Below are positions 18,486-28,053 of a stretch of 64,000 nucleotides of DNA, one piece after another. The notes under the pieces were generated by a model that was not told where the DNA came from, searched no databases, and saw only the letters and a program-made list of their open reading frames with translations. A program made the position numbers and the translations under genes. Source of the DNA: a virus (Duplodnaviria; Caudoviricetes); IMG/VR virus record IMGVR_UViG_3300042465_008100, positions 1,761 through 65,760 of that record. One strand, written 5' to 3'. The first letter of the stretch is position 1, and each line of letters starts with the position of its first letter.

Positions 18486-19792
18486 CCTTTATATGCTTTA
18501 ATGGAAATTATTTTATTATTTTTAAATTTAATTATATCAACAACATCTATTTTTTCTGTTTCGTTTATTGTTATAATTAATTGACAAGAAAATTCATTTT
18601 CTTTTTCAAAAATATTAATAACGTTAACTTTAATAGTATCAACATTATTGAAAATGTTTTGATTAGCTTTAATTACAGCTTCTTTACCATCTGCCGATAT
18701 TTCCCAATCAACTAATTTTATATTTTCATCAAAAATTTTTGATAATTTTTCAATATTTTTGTTTGAAAATAATTCAAAATATGAATTTAAAATTTCTGTT
18801 TTATTGATTTCAATGTTAGAAATAAACCTATCAATTCTTTCTATTATTTTATTTTTAATTTTTACATCTATATCTGAATTTATAGATTTTTTAATTTCTA
18901 TGAAATCTGGATTTGAAAAAACATAATGACCACAAATATTAATTAATTCTAATTTGTTTTCTGAAGGAATAAAATCTGAGGAAACCCATTTTACCCATCT
19001 TTTAGAATCATAACATATTTGATAAAATTTATCTATCAATTCTTGATTATTTTTAATTTCGTCTAAAATAATTTTAGTTTCTAATTGACCAAATTCTGGT
19101 GCAACATTAATAGAATTTAAACCAGAAGTAAATTTATCTTTTAATATATAATCGTCAATATAATCACCATTATGTTCTTTTGAAATTAACCCATGTTTTT
19201 TAACTACGTCTAACATTTTGATTAATCTACTATTATCATATTTACCTATGTTTTTATTACCTTTTAACGCAGTTCCAGATTGTATAACTACGTACATTAC
19301 TTTATCATATATTTCTTTTGGTAGTTTAGATTTTAAATCAGTGATTAAATTATCCAATTCATCTGGTGTGAATGGACGAATAGCTTCTTCAGTGCCTATT
19401 TCATAAGATAAATTCGGGTTTTCATTGTAGCCAATTGTTATCATATCAATTGTGGCTTTTAACCCATCTTCATAAGTTTTATTTTTTTTCCAAACATCTA
19501 CATGTACTACGTCAAAAAACTTACAATCTTCTTTAAATGATTCAATACCGTCATCTTCACTATACCCTTGTGATGGACCAGCATGGTCTCTTACTAATAA
19601 AACATTTTCTGATTTTTTTTTGATGTAATTGCAGAAATCTTTAGTAGTCCAATTATTAACATAACCACCATCTATTTCTATTTGCCTTCTAGATGGTATT
19701 ATACCTAATTGTGTGTTTTTATTGTTTGAGTATTCTATAATCGCATCTACAATATTTTTACTCATTGGTCCTATAAATAATTTTGCTTTCAT
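18482..19792 (-). CDS. GatZ/KbaZ-like (class II tagatose aldolase/ketose-phosphate epimerase) TIM barrel fused to SnoaL/NTF2-like domain
   Basis: SRRQIEIDGGY, RDHAGP, VHVD, YEIGTEE, KEHNGDY, NVAPEFG. The C-terminal ~105 aa (YFELFSNKNI..L.DWE...GKEAV, VVDIIKF, IKAYKG) is NTF2-like. Confidence 0.65.
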   Translation of the reverse strand: MKAKLFIGPMSKNIVDAIIEYSNNKNTQLGIIPSRRQIEIDGGYVNNWTTKDFCNYIKKKSENVLLVRDHAGPSQGYSEDDGIESFKEDCKFFDVVHVDVWKKNKTYEDGLKATIDMITIGYNENPNLSYEIGTEEAIRPFTPDELDNLITDLKSKLPKEIYDKVMYVVIQSGTALKGNKNIGKYDNSRLIKMLDVVKKHGLISKEHNGDYIDDYILKDKFTSGLNSINVAPEFGQLETKIILDEIKNNQELIDKFYQICYDSKRWVKWVSSDFIPSENKLELINICGHYVFSNPDFIEIKKSINSDIDVKIKNKIIERIDRFISNIEINKTEILNSYFELFSNKNIEKLSKIFDENIKLVDWEISADGKEAVIKANQNIFNNVDTIKVNVINIFEKENEFSCQLIITINETEKIDVVDIIKFKNNKIISIKAYKG

Positions 19793-19804
19793 AGGATAAA
19801 TATA

Positions 19805-21355
19805 TTACATATAAAAGTTTTTGTAAAGATTAAGGCGGCCAAAATAATATAAAAACTCACCCATTTTATAATCATGTAATGGTGCCATGTTTAACCATAT
19901 AATACATGTTAGTGTTTGAACCTTTCTCAAATCAAAACCATTATCAAAAATCCATTTATGTAATTTTTCCCTACAATTAGTTAATATATCACTTCTTAAA
20001 ATATCACATTTAACACCATTTTTTGATTTATTTACTGAGAATAAACCTTGGTGTACTATGTTGTGGTTAAATAATAAATTGTGGTTTAATTTAGCTAAAT
20101 CATAATATATATCACCATTTCTTAAGTCACCACCAAAATCTTGTCTCCAGTCTAACAAAACAAAATCATTTTTGTCTTTATATATTATATTATCTAAAAT
20201 ATAATCACCATGGAATTGATAATAAGTGTCTGAGCATAACCAGTTTTTATTTATTTCTTTTATCATATCCATAACTGGAGGTACAGTCATACCGTTTATG
20301 TTGATTGTTTCATCACTTATTTTGTTATCATTAAATAATTTTTCCAAACGTTCATATGTTTTATCAAAATAAAACTTTTTAGTAATTAATTTAAAATTTT
20401 CTGAACTACCATGTTTAACCCATAAATTATTTTTACTCCACTCTAAAAAAGAATCAAAAATTGTTTCATCAACAGCTGTTGCTAATAAATCACCAACAGC
20501 ATATTCATATTTATAAAAGTTATCAGTATAATCAATAAGTTTTGGTGTTAGGCCAGATAGTTCTTTACATCTTTCAACTCTATTTGAACATATTGTTTTG
20601 TTATAGAAAAATTTAATAACAAATTCATCAAATAAGAATATTGATTCATCCACTTTATCTAATAATTCAAATTTATCATAAATTACATCTCTTGCATGTT
20701 TTAATTCAGACACATTACCTATGTCTAACCAATTATTATATTCAATGACATCCCATTTACTATTCATTTTATTTATCGCATGGCAGTCACTTATTGTTGT
20801 ATCATTGATATTATTTACATACTCGTATTCTAACGCATCCCAAAATTTTTCATAATCATTAATACCAGCCAAACCAATATATGCAAATTTAGATTCTAAA
20901 TCACCCTTTTCATTTATCATCCTATTTGGTATGAAAGAAATTGTTCTATATTGGGCATTGTTTTCTTTATATTGGCAAGCTAACCAGTTTTCAGTAGGTG
21001 GTTTTATTTCTTCAGTTATTATAGTATCGGCAGCGTGAAAAATAAAAGGACATTGTAGTTCGTTTTTAGCTTGTAACATAGAATAACCTAAACTAGAGCC
21101 ATTGCCTTCAAATTTATCAACATCAATAAATGTAAAAATTCTATCTGGATAAGCTAAAGTTAAAAAATCTTTAACTTGTTTTCCAAAATAACCTATTGTT
21201 ATTACAATATCAACATCTTTTGGATATTTCTCAACAATATAAGAAATCGCTGGTTTTTTACCAATTCTAACTAAACATTTATTAGTGTATTTGGTTAAAT
21301 CTCCTAATCTTGAGCCAACGCCGCTTGTTGTAATTAAAACTTTATACTCGCCCAT
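19805..21355 (-). CDS. Bifunctional nucleotidyltransferase plus APH/choline-kinase-like phosphotransferase (BcbE/KfoE-like architecture)
   Basis: N-terminal SGVGSRLGDLT...NKCL and WLDIGN; C-terminal FHGDYILDNI, LLDWR and GDIYYDLAKL. Confidence 0.8.
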   Translation of the reverse strand: MGEYKVLITTSGVGSRLGDLTKYTNKCLVRIGKKPAISYIVEKYPKDVDIVITIGYFGKQVKDFLTLAYPDRIFTFIDVDKFEGNGSSLGYSMLQAKNELQCPFIFHAADTIITEEIKPPTENWLACQYKENNAQYRTISFIPNRMINEKGDLESKFAYIGLAGINDYEKFWDALEYEYVNNINDTTISDCHAINKMNSKWDVIEYNNWLDIGNVSELKHARDVIYDKFELLDKVDESIFLFDEFVIKFFYNKTICSNRVERCKELSGLTPKLIDYTDNFYKYEYAVGDLLATAVDETIFDSFLEWSKNNLWVKHGSSENFKLITKKFYFDKTYERLEKLFNDNKISDETININGMTVPPVMDMIKEINKNWLCSDTYYQFHGDYILDNIIYKDKNDFVLLDWRQDFGGDLRNGDIYYDLAKLNHNLLFNHNIVHQGLFSVNKSKNGVKCDILRSDILTNCREKLHKWIFDNGFDLRKVQTLTCIIWLNMAPLHDYKMGEFLYYFGRLNLYKNFYM

Positions 21356-21695
21356 ATTTGTCTTCTAATCTTATAACGTCATCTAAAAAATTAGTAGAAC
21401 TTTCTAAGTATAAACTATCAACTATTGCCGACATTCTGTGAACAACAAATGGTTCAATTGTGTAAAATTCACCTTCGTTTAATGTCATTTCGGTTAAATT
21501 ATCTTTGTCTGGCCCTATTTCAAATTTAATTTGTCCTTTTAAAACATAAAAAGATTCATGTTTTTTTTCATGATATTGCAAACTACAACTATTACCAGCA
21601 GTCATAAACAACTCTTTAACTACATAATTTTCGTTAACTTCAATCCATTTTTCCCAACCCCATGGTTTATCTATTTTAGTAATTTTTTTTTCCAT
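21342..21695 (-). CDS. Cupin, mannose-6-phosphate isomerase type II C-terminal-like
   Basis: KPWGWE, SLQYHEKKHESFYVLKG, VVHRM, DVIRLEDKYGR. Alternative start at 21707. Confidence 0.8.
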   Translation of the reverse strand: MEKKITKIDKPWGWEKWIEVNENYVVKELFMTAGNSCSLQYHEKKHESFYVLKGQIKFEIGPDKDNLTEMTLNEGEFYTIEPFVVHRMSAIVDSLYLESSTNFLDDVIRLEDKYGRV

Positions 21696-21696
21696 A

Positions 21697-22059
21697 TTAT
21701 AAATCATTTATTGTTCCTATACCTTCATTTCTTTTAAGGTTTATCGCTATCGCTGTATCGTGTTCTTTATCTTTTTTTCTGTCATTAATAACAACTCTTA
21801 TACCACCACCTAAGCCCATAATTAATTGGTCATAAAAAATCCCTAATTCAGCTAATTGTTTAACTGTTATGTCTCTAACACCTTCACGCCTTCCAGTTGT
21901 TAAAATAATGTTATAACCTTTTCTATCCCATTCAGCTAATTTTGTTAGCGTACCGTCTAATAGTTTAGGTGTTTTAGTAAATTGTTCTACTATTTTTTCA
22001 GAATGTTCTATTAATGTTCCATCAATATCTAAAAAAATTGTTTTTGGTCTATTATCCAT
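21697..22059 (-). CDS. Small HAD phosphatase (BcbF/EcbF capsule-phosphatase-like)
   Basis: IFLDIDGTL, ILTTGR, YDQLIMG, INDRK. Confidence 0.8.
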   Translation of the reverse strand: MDNRPKTIFLDIDGTLIEHSEKIVEQFTKTPKLLDGTLTKLAEWDRKGYNIILTTGRREGVRDITVKQLAELGIFYDQLIMGLGGGIRVVINDRKKDKEHDTAIAINLKRNEGIGTINDL

Positions 22060-22083
22060 TTTTTATTTATTATTTTAAATTAT

Positions 22084-22776
22084 CTATAATCTATTACTAT
22101 CTACGTGAGACGCGTAAAATTTCTCAACTGGATATTGCCAATCAGTTTTATGTGGCGGTAATCCAGATTTACCATTTGGGCTATGTACCTCAAAGACATC
22201 TCCGAATAATGAACATTCTATCAGGTTAAAACCTTGGTCTTCTATAAAGAACCCATAACAACCTTCGCAGTAACCAGTTTCTTGTTTACTATTTGGTAAT
22301 AATTTGTCAACACCCATTTTTAGCATTTTTTCCATGATTTCATTTTGACAAAAAAATATTGGCCCAAAACAACCTAAACCATCATACTTATAGTTATATT
22401 CTGTCTCATTGTTTATTCTTTTGCCCCATGTGTTAAAATTACCACCATTCCTATTGAAGTGCATGAGTATTGTTATTTTTTTTTCTTTTAAATAATCTAA
22501 ATTATCTTTTACTCTCATAGAATCATGCATAAAAAAATAAAAATCTTCTTTTGGGAATTTTTTAAAGGCATGCCAATAAGCACCAACCATCCAATTTTTG
22601 TTTTTAACATCTTCAACAATAACATCATATTCTTTTATTATCTCAAAATAAGACTTGTCATCGGAGTCACTATCAACAACAACAATTTTTTCTTCTGGGT
22701 GAAATTTTCTAATATCTTTTATCAATTGTATGATAAAAGGAAAAGTAGGGTTATATTTACACGGAATTACAAACAT
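22084..22776 (-). CDS. Putative glycosyltransferase (GT-A)
   Basis: FVIPCK, KIVVVDSDS, FFMHDSM. Confidence 0.65.
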   Translation of the reverse strand: MFVIPCKYNPTFPFIIQLIKDIRKFHPEEKIVVVDSDSDDKSYFEIIKEYDVIVEDVKNKNWMVGAYWHAFKKFPKEDFYFFMHDSMRVKDNLDYLKEKKITILMHFNRNGGNFNTWGKRINNETEYNYKYDGLGCFGPIFFCQNEIMEKMLKMGVDKLLPNSKQETGYCEGCYGFFIEDQGFNLIECSLFGDVFEVHSPNGKSGLPPHKTDWQYPVEKFYASHVDSNRL

Positions 22777-23477
22777 TATATCTTTTTTAAAAACATAAAA
22801 TCACCTTCATAACTATCATGATGCGTTTCTGAAACTAACTCAAAATTATATTCGTTTAAATATTCAATAACTTCATTTTTATGCGACGCACCTTTATAAT
22901 AAGGTATCATAGAGCATTCAACATAAATAACCTTAACATCATTTAAGATATCACCCATACCTTTAAAAATATTTAATTCACTACCTTGAACATCCATCCA
23001 TAAAACGTGCACGTTATTTATATTATTTTCAACACAAAATTCGTCTAATCTAATAACATCAACAGTAGTTTTTGAAATATTAGGCCCAGTTTTATGTATA
23101 ATACTTGGTTCTAATAATGATGAACCACCCATATTATCATATGTGATATAAAAATCTGATTTACCTTTAAAATCAGATGCAGCAAGATTATGCACTTTAA
23201 TATTATCAATACCTTCAGTACTAATTAAAACATTATTGTACGATTCTGGGTTTGGTTCAAAAGTATGTACATTACAATTAATTAATTTTTCAGTAAATTT
23301 AACACTTTCAATACCATTTAGTGAACCAATATCTAAAATAGTTTTTATTTCTTGCAAATCAAATCTTTCACCAATTTTATTTAAAAACCAATCAACTAAA
23401 TCATCTATTGCTGTTTGCATTACATTTGGGTAACCTTCTGGGAAATGTCTGTCTTTTATATGGTTAAATGTTCTCAT
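22776..23477 (-). CDS. FkbM-family SAM-dependent methyltransferase
   Basis: ILDIGSLNG, HTFEPNP, IRLDEF, LWMDVQGSEL; start reassigned to MRTFNH. Confidence 0.9.
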   Translation of the reverse strand: MRTFNHIKDRHFPEGYPNVMQTAIDDLVDWFLNKIGERFDLQEIKTILDIGSLNGIESVKFTEKLINCNVHTFEPNPESYNNVLISTEGIDNIKVHNLAASDFKGKSDFYITYDNMGGSSLLEPSIIHKTGPNISKTTVDVIRLDEFCVENNINNVHVLWMDVQGSELNIFKGMGDILNDVKVIYVECSMIPYYKGASHKNEVIEYLNEYNFELVSETHHDSYEGDFMFLKKI

Positions 23478-24132
23478 TAATATATTTATTTTTTTCGTAT
23501 CTATGTAAGTGTCTTTCATAGACGTTTATATTTGAATTATGCGCTGATTTATTGTTACCATCTACCATCATTAACCAAAATTCAGCATTGTGTCTAACAG
23601 TTAATATAGCTTTAGAGTTAGGTTTAGATATGTCATCAATTGACGGTAATTTCTTAATATGGTTAGAGTTAGACCACCAAAAATTACCAGAATAATGTTT
23701 TGTTGGTTCTGTTACTAAGTCAACACCATATGTATCATAAAATTCTAGTTGTTTGATGGCTTGTTCGTGTTGTTCAACATTAAAATATAACATATATTTA
23801 CGCCAATCATTTATACATTCATTATTAGGTGATGTAACACCTTTTGTGTGAATATACAAAATCTTATCATTACTCATAGTTTTTTTAGAATAGTTTTCAA
23901 TTTGTTTTAAAGTGTAAAACTCACCAAAATTAACGTCTGAAATTTTATTAGTTTTAATGTTAAAGTTTTTAGGGATTGTTAATTCACCATCACCAACTAC
24001 ACACACATTTATTAAATCAGCCAAATTAATTAAATTAGATTTATTTAACGAATCGAATATTTCATTAACTACTTGTTGGTAATTACCAATGGTTGCTACA
24101 TGAATATACACTATTATCTTATCCTTTAACAT
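23464..24132 (-). CDS. Putative glycosyltransferase-like protein (LYxHTKG family)
   Basis: ILYIHTKGV, WRKYM, HYSGNFWW, RHNAEFWL; start reassigned to MLKDKII. Confidence 0.55.
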   Translation of the reverse strand: MLKDKIIVYIHVATIGNYQQVVNEIFDSLNKSNLINLADLINVCVVGDGELTIPKNFNIKTNKISDVNFGEFYTLKQIENYSKKTMSNDKILYIHTKGVTSPNNECINDWRKYMLYFNVEQHEQAIKQLEFYDTYGVDLVTEPTKHYSGNFWWSNSNHIKKLPSIDDISKPNSKAILTVRHNAEFWLMMVDGNNKSAHNSNINVYERHLHRYEKNKYINENI

Positions 24133-24763
24133 AACGATAAACAGAAATACCTTTTTTGTAAATAGTTTGACTAATAAAATCTTTTTCATGTGTTAACTCT
24201 TTAATTAAACCATTTTTTAATTTTCTATCAAATTCATCAGAACCAACATTAATAACTGTGTCATGATAAATAACATATGCATTATCATCTAAAAAGGGTA
24301 AAACTAATTCAGTATCTAATTTAATACCTTCTTCAGTGTGGTCCCCATCAATAAAAACCATTTGAAACTTAATATTTAACCCTTCTAACCATTTCCTAGC
24401 CTCTTCTGAATGGCTATCACCAAAAAAACTTTTTAATTCACCAGAGTTTTTTAAATTGGTAAAATTGTTATCTCTAGCGTTTGGGTTACCTTCATAGTTA
24501 ATCGATGGGTGTACGTCTAAATCCATAATGTACACATCTTTAATTTTTAAAAAATCAGTAAAAATTCTAGTGTTGCCACCAGCGGCCACACCTATTTCTA
24601 AAAAATTATTAATTGGTGTTTCTTGATACTTCGTTAAGAAATCTGTAATTTCTTCAGGACATTGTTGTAATTCGTACCCACCTTTAAAACGGCCACCAAA
24701 TACTTCTGTACTATCTGAACCAGCGTTTAATACGAATTCTAAAATTTCTTCTTCTGTTTTCAT
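24119..24763 (-). CDS. Class I SAM-dependent methyltransferase (Methyltransf_24-like)
   Basis: FLEIGVAAGG, GDSH, VFIDGDH, VIYHD. Confidence 0.85.
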   Translation of the reverse strand: MKTEEEILEFVLNAGSDSTEVFGGRFKGGYELQQCPEEITDFLTKYQETPINNFLEIGVAAGGNTRIFTDFLKIKDVYIMDLDVHPSINYEGNPNARDNNFTNLKNSGELKSFFGDSHSEEARKWLEGLNIKFQMVFIDGDHTEEGIKLDTELVLPFLDDNAYVIYHDTVINVGSDEFDRKLKNGLIKELTHEKDFISQTIYKKGISVYRYVKG

Positions 24764-24766
24764 AAT

Positions 24767-25087
24767 TTAATCTATATATTTATCGTTATTTACAGATGGA
24801 GTTTTTACAACAACTGTTATAACATCTGTTATGCATTTAAAATCGGTTGATTCATTTGGTTGAATGGTTATAATATCATCTTTTGTATATTTTATTCCAT
24901 TCATTTCAACTTCACCTTCAACAATTACAGTTATTTCACTTGCTATTTTATGGTGGTGTTTTTCTTCATAATCACCAGCTTTGTATCTTTTAACAGCAAC
25001 TTCAAAATCTTCAGTTATGTTTAATGTTGGTTCAAAATTACCAACAAACCAACCTTTAAAAAATTTGTTTAAATTTGTTATTGTCAT
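24767..25087 (-). CDS. Small cupin protein
   Basis: KGWFVGNFEP, HHHKIASEITVI, VVVKTPS..DKY. Confidence 0.75.
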   Translation of the reverse strand: MTITNLNKFFKGWFVGNFEPTLNITEDFEVAVKRYKAGDYEEKHHHKIASEITVIVEGEVEMNGIKYTKDDIITIQPNESTDFKCITDVITVVVKTPSVNNDKYID

Positions 25088-25088
25088 T

Positions 25089-25796
25089 TTAATAAGTTAA
25101 TAAAATACCAGTATCTTGAACCATAGTCCTGTTAGCATCGTTCCATTCTTCAAAATCCCATTTGTTTGTTGTTATATCATCATAAAAACGTCTAACTTCT
25201 TTTAATCTAATATCCCAAATATTATCAATAACAATTAACGTTTCTTTATGTGAAAACTTTAACGCATGTTCCCAGTCTTTTTTAGCGCCTTCATATGAAT
25301 GGTCGCCATCAATAAATATTAAATCGTAACCAAATTTTGGTGCTATACTTTCTAATATATTATGGTTAATCTCAAATAATTCTTCGTTGGTGTAGTTTAA
25401 AAAATCTTTAAAAACAATACCTTCGTCAGTTAATTTCCATTCATCATAATCAGTTTTATAAGGATACCAATACATTGGTTTAATTCTACTTGCTAAATGA
25501 TTCGTCAAACCTAATCCGTCATAACCACCTTTTTTAATATCAAAAGTGTGAATTAAACCTTCTTCTGGTGTTAAATAAGTGTCCATACCGTTAGACATCG
25601 ATATAGTACTATCATAATGATATGACCCAATTTCTAATATGCTATTAGGTTTTACCATTCTTACTAGTGTATTTAAACACGCTCTACAATGTGTTGCGCA
25701 TCCAGCATATTTTGTACCTTGTAATATACCATTTTCTGGTCCTTTATCGATATAAAAATCTTTAAAGTTTTCTTTAATAAATTCAATTTTATTCAT
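25089..25796 (-). CDS. Class I SAM-dependent methyltransferase (Methyltransf_24-like)
   Basis: ILEIGS, YDLIFIDGDHSYEG, IVIDN. Confidence 0.85.
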   Translation of the reverse strand: MNKIEFIKENFKDFYIDKGPENGILQGTKYAGCATHCRACLNTLVRMVKPNSILEIGSYHYDSTISMSNGMDTYLTPEEGLIHTFDIKKGGYDGLGLTNHLASRIKPMYWYPYKTDYDEWKLTDEGIVFKDFLNYTNEELFEINHNILESIAPKFGYDLIFIDGDHSYEGAKKDWEHALKFSHKETLIVIDNIWDIRLKEVRRFYDDITTNKWDFEEWNDANRTMVQDTGILLTY

Positions 25797-25825
25797 ATTT
25801 ATTTGTTTGTTTATTTATTGTTATA

Positions 25826-25995
25826 ATTATTTAGAATTGTCATATAAAGTTTTAACATTTAGCAACACTTCATGTGAGTATTTACTATAGTTTATTTTAT
25901 TTGTTATTTTTATCACATAAATCTTAAATTTTATTAAAATTGTTTAAATTTGATGAATCACCTAAAGACCCATAAAACACAATACAAATTTTCAT
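25826..25995 (-). pseudogene. Decayed remnant of a glycan-cluster gene
   Basis: ATG 1 nt after the upstream stop gives MKICIVFYGSLG..., interrupted by in-frame TAA codons. It is the only ~200-nt gap in an otherwise coupled operon. Confidence 0.5.
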
Positions 25996-25996
25996 G

Positions 25997-27370
25997 TTAA
26001 TCAATAAAACGTTCTAAATAATTTTTTAAATCTTCTGGTGTGCCTAAACCCCACATTTTTTCAATGTTATACGGTTTAAATTTAAAACCATCTAAAATTG
26101 CTTCGTTGTAAACTGGTGCAACATAAAATTCGTTATTAACTCTAATATTTTTTTTAATCATTTGTTCAGCATATTTAATATAATCTGAACCTTTGTTCCA
26201 ATAATATACACCAACTGTTGCAACATCACTAATAGGTTTCTTTTCAGCAATTTCAGAGATAAAACCATTTTCATCTAATTTAGCAAAAGACCATTTAGGG
26301 TGTGTTGCTTTAAATGTTAATATACCACCATCTAAATTATCGTTGGTCATTGAATAATAAAAACTATTGCTATCCCATTCAATAAATTGGTCTGAATTAG
26401 CAATCAACAAGTGTTTATCATCATTAATATATTGTTTAGCTAAAAGTGTTGTACACGCAGCACCTTCAGTGACACCATTAACTTGGATAATTTCGCAATC
26501 GGGTGTTATTAGATTAAGTAAATATTTTAAATTATATTTTTCATAATGTTCTTTTTGAACAATATAGATGAATTTAGCTTTAATGTTAAGATTTTCAACA
26601 ACAACTTGAATCATGGGTTTATTTTCAACCTCAATCAATGGTTTTGGAAAAGTATAACCAGCATTGCTAAATCTAGAGCCAGCACCAGCCATTGGTATCA
26701 AGATATTAAAATCGTCTGATTCCCATTTATGTTTTATTTTAACTGTCTGTGTTAAATTTTCAATTAAATTATTTAATTTATCATATGTAACATCGTTTGG
26801 TGTTTCTACAGCACATAAATAAGCTCCAGAATCTAATGCTGATTGCCTACCGTGAAAACTATCTTCAACAACAACTGTTTCACTTGGTTTAACGCCAGCA
26901 TGAACCATAGCTTTTAAATAAATTTCTGGGTTTGGTTTTGAATTTTTTACGTCTTCATTACCAAAATATTCGTCAATATATTCAATTAAACCAGTTTTAT
27001 ATAACATTAATTTTATTGATTCTCTAATAGAATTTGATGCAACATAAATTTTATAACCATCTTCTTTAAGTAACTTTAAAACTTTTTTTAATCTTTTATC
27101 TTCGATTAAATTTTCTTTTATTACGTCAAAGGTTAATTCTTGTTTTAAAGCCCATATTTTTTCATGTAAAGAAACTGATAATCCTTTATCAACAGTTAAT
27201 AAATTTAATTTTGTTTTAGTAGTTAACCCATCATATTTAGTTAAATGTTCTTCTCTAGTGATAACATATTCATCACCAATTTGTTTTAACGCTTTGTTTA
27301 AAGATTCATAATGGATTTCTTTAGCATCAACTAACACCCCATCTAAATCAAAAATTATCAATCTAACCAT
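25997..27370 (-). CDS. HAD phosphatase fused to sugar nucleotidyltransferase (BcbG-like)
   Basis: IFDLDGVL, KPNPEIY and VEDS, then IPMAGAGSRF..AGYTFPKPLI, ANSDQ, EKKPIS, NNEFYVAPVYN, GLGTPEDL. Confidence 0.85.
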   Translation of the reverse strand: MVRLIIFDLDGVLVDAKEIHYESLNKALKQIGDEYVITREEHLTKYDGLTTKTKLNLLTVDKGLSVSLHEKIWALKQELTFDVIKENLIEDKRLKKVLKLLKEDGYKIYVASNSIRESIKLMLYKTGLIEYIDEYFGNEDVKNSKPNPEIYLKAMVHAGVKPSETVVVEDSFHGRQSALDSGAYLCAVETPNDVTYDKLNNLIENLTQTVKIKHKWESDDFNILIPMAGAGSRFSNAGYTFPKPLIEVENKPMIQVVVENLNIKAKFIYIVQKEHYEKYNLKYLLNLITPDCEIIQVNGVTEGAACTTLLAKQYINDDKHLLIANSDQFIEWDSNSFYYSMTNDNLDGGILTFKATHPKWSFAKLDENGFISEIAEKKPISDVATVGVYYWNKGSDYIKYAEQMIKKNIRVNNEFYVAPVYNEAILDGFKFKPYNIEKMWGLGTPEDLKNYLERFID

Positions 27371-28053
27371 AAGTTTTTATCATTTAAAATTTCTATTTTA
27401 TCATCACTAGTTTCATTAAAAACTCTATCTTTGTTTGGTTTTATTATTTTAACACTTGAATTAGTATTCATATTAAAATCATGTTTAAGTCTAACTTGTT
27501 TTGACCATAACACATCCTCGCCTTGACCCCATATTAATTCTTCATTTAGTGGGTATTCTAACATGACTTCTTTTTTAGCAATCCAATAAGCACCAGAAAT
27601 ATACATATATTTAGATAAATGTGTAATATTATATGGGATTAAACATTCTCTTTCAATAAAATTATCCATTTTATTATGGTTATGTGGCCAGATACACCAA
27701 TCCCTGAAACGTTCACCATTTAAATTAATGATTTTATCCATTCTAATTTTAAAATCGTTGCCAGCCGTTAATTGACCCTCATACCAACCTTCATTTAATT
27801 TAATATAATCATGAAAATAAACAATGTTTTCAAATTTAGCTTCATGTGTAATTAAATTTTTTTTTGCTGTAATCCACATTGGTTTTATATTCTCATTAAA
27901 AATGAGAACTCTTGTATTTTTTCTACTTATGTTTGAATCACCTACAATTATTATTTCATAATTTGGTATATTTTCGTATTCGATTGAATCTATGATTTCA
28001 TTAATCATAGGTTCATTATCACCACTTGTAATTATACCGAAAGTAAAATCCAT
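27358..28053 (-). CDS. Glycosyltransferase family 2-like
   Basis: FTFGII, YEIIIVG, ITAKKN, YFHDYI, WGQGEDV.WS. Confidence 0.75.
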   Translation of the reverse strand: MDFTFGIITSGDNEPMINEIIDSIEYENIPNYEIIIVGDSNISRKNTRVLIFNENIKPMWITAKKNLITHEAKFENIVYFHDYIKLNEGWYEGQLTAGNDFKIRMDKIINLNGERFRDWCIWPHNHNKMDNFIERECLIPYNITHLSKYMYISGAYWIAKKEVMLEYPLNEELIWGQGEDVLWSKQVRLKHDFNMNTNSSVKIIKPNKDRVFNETSDDKIEILNDKNLWLD

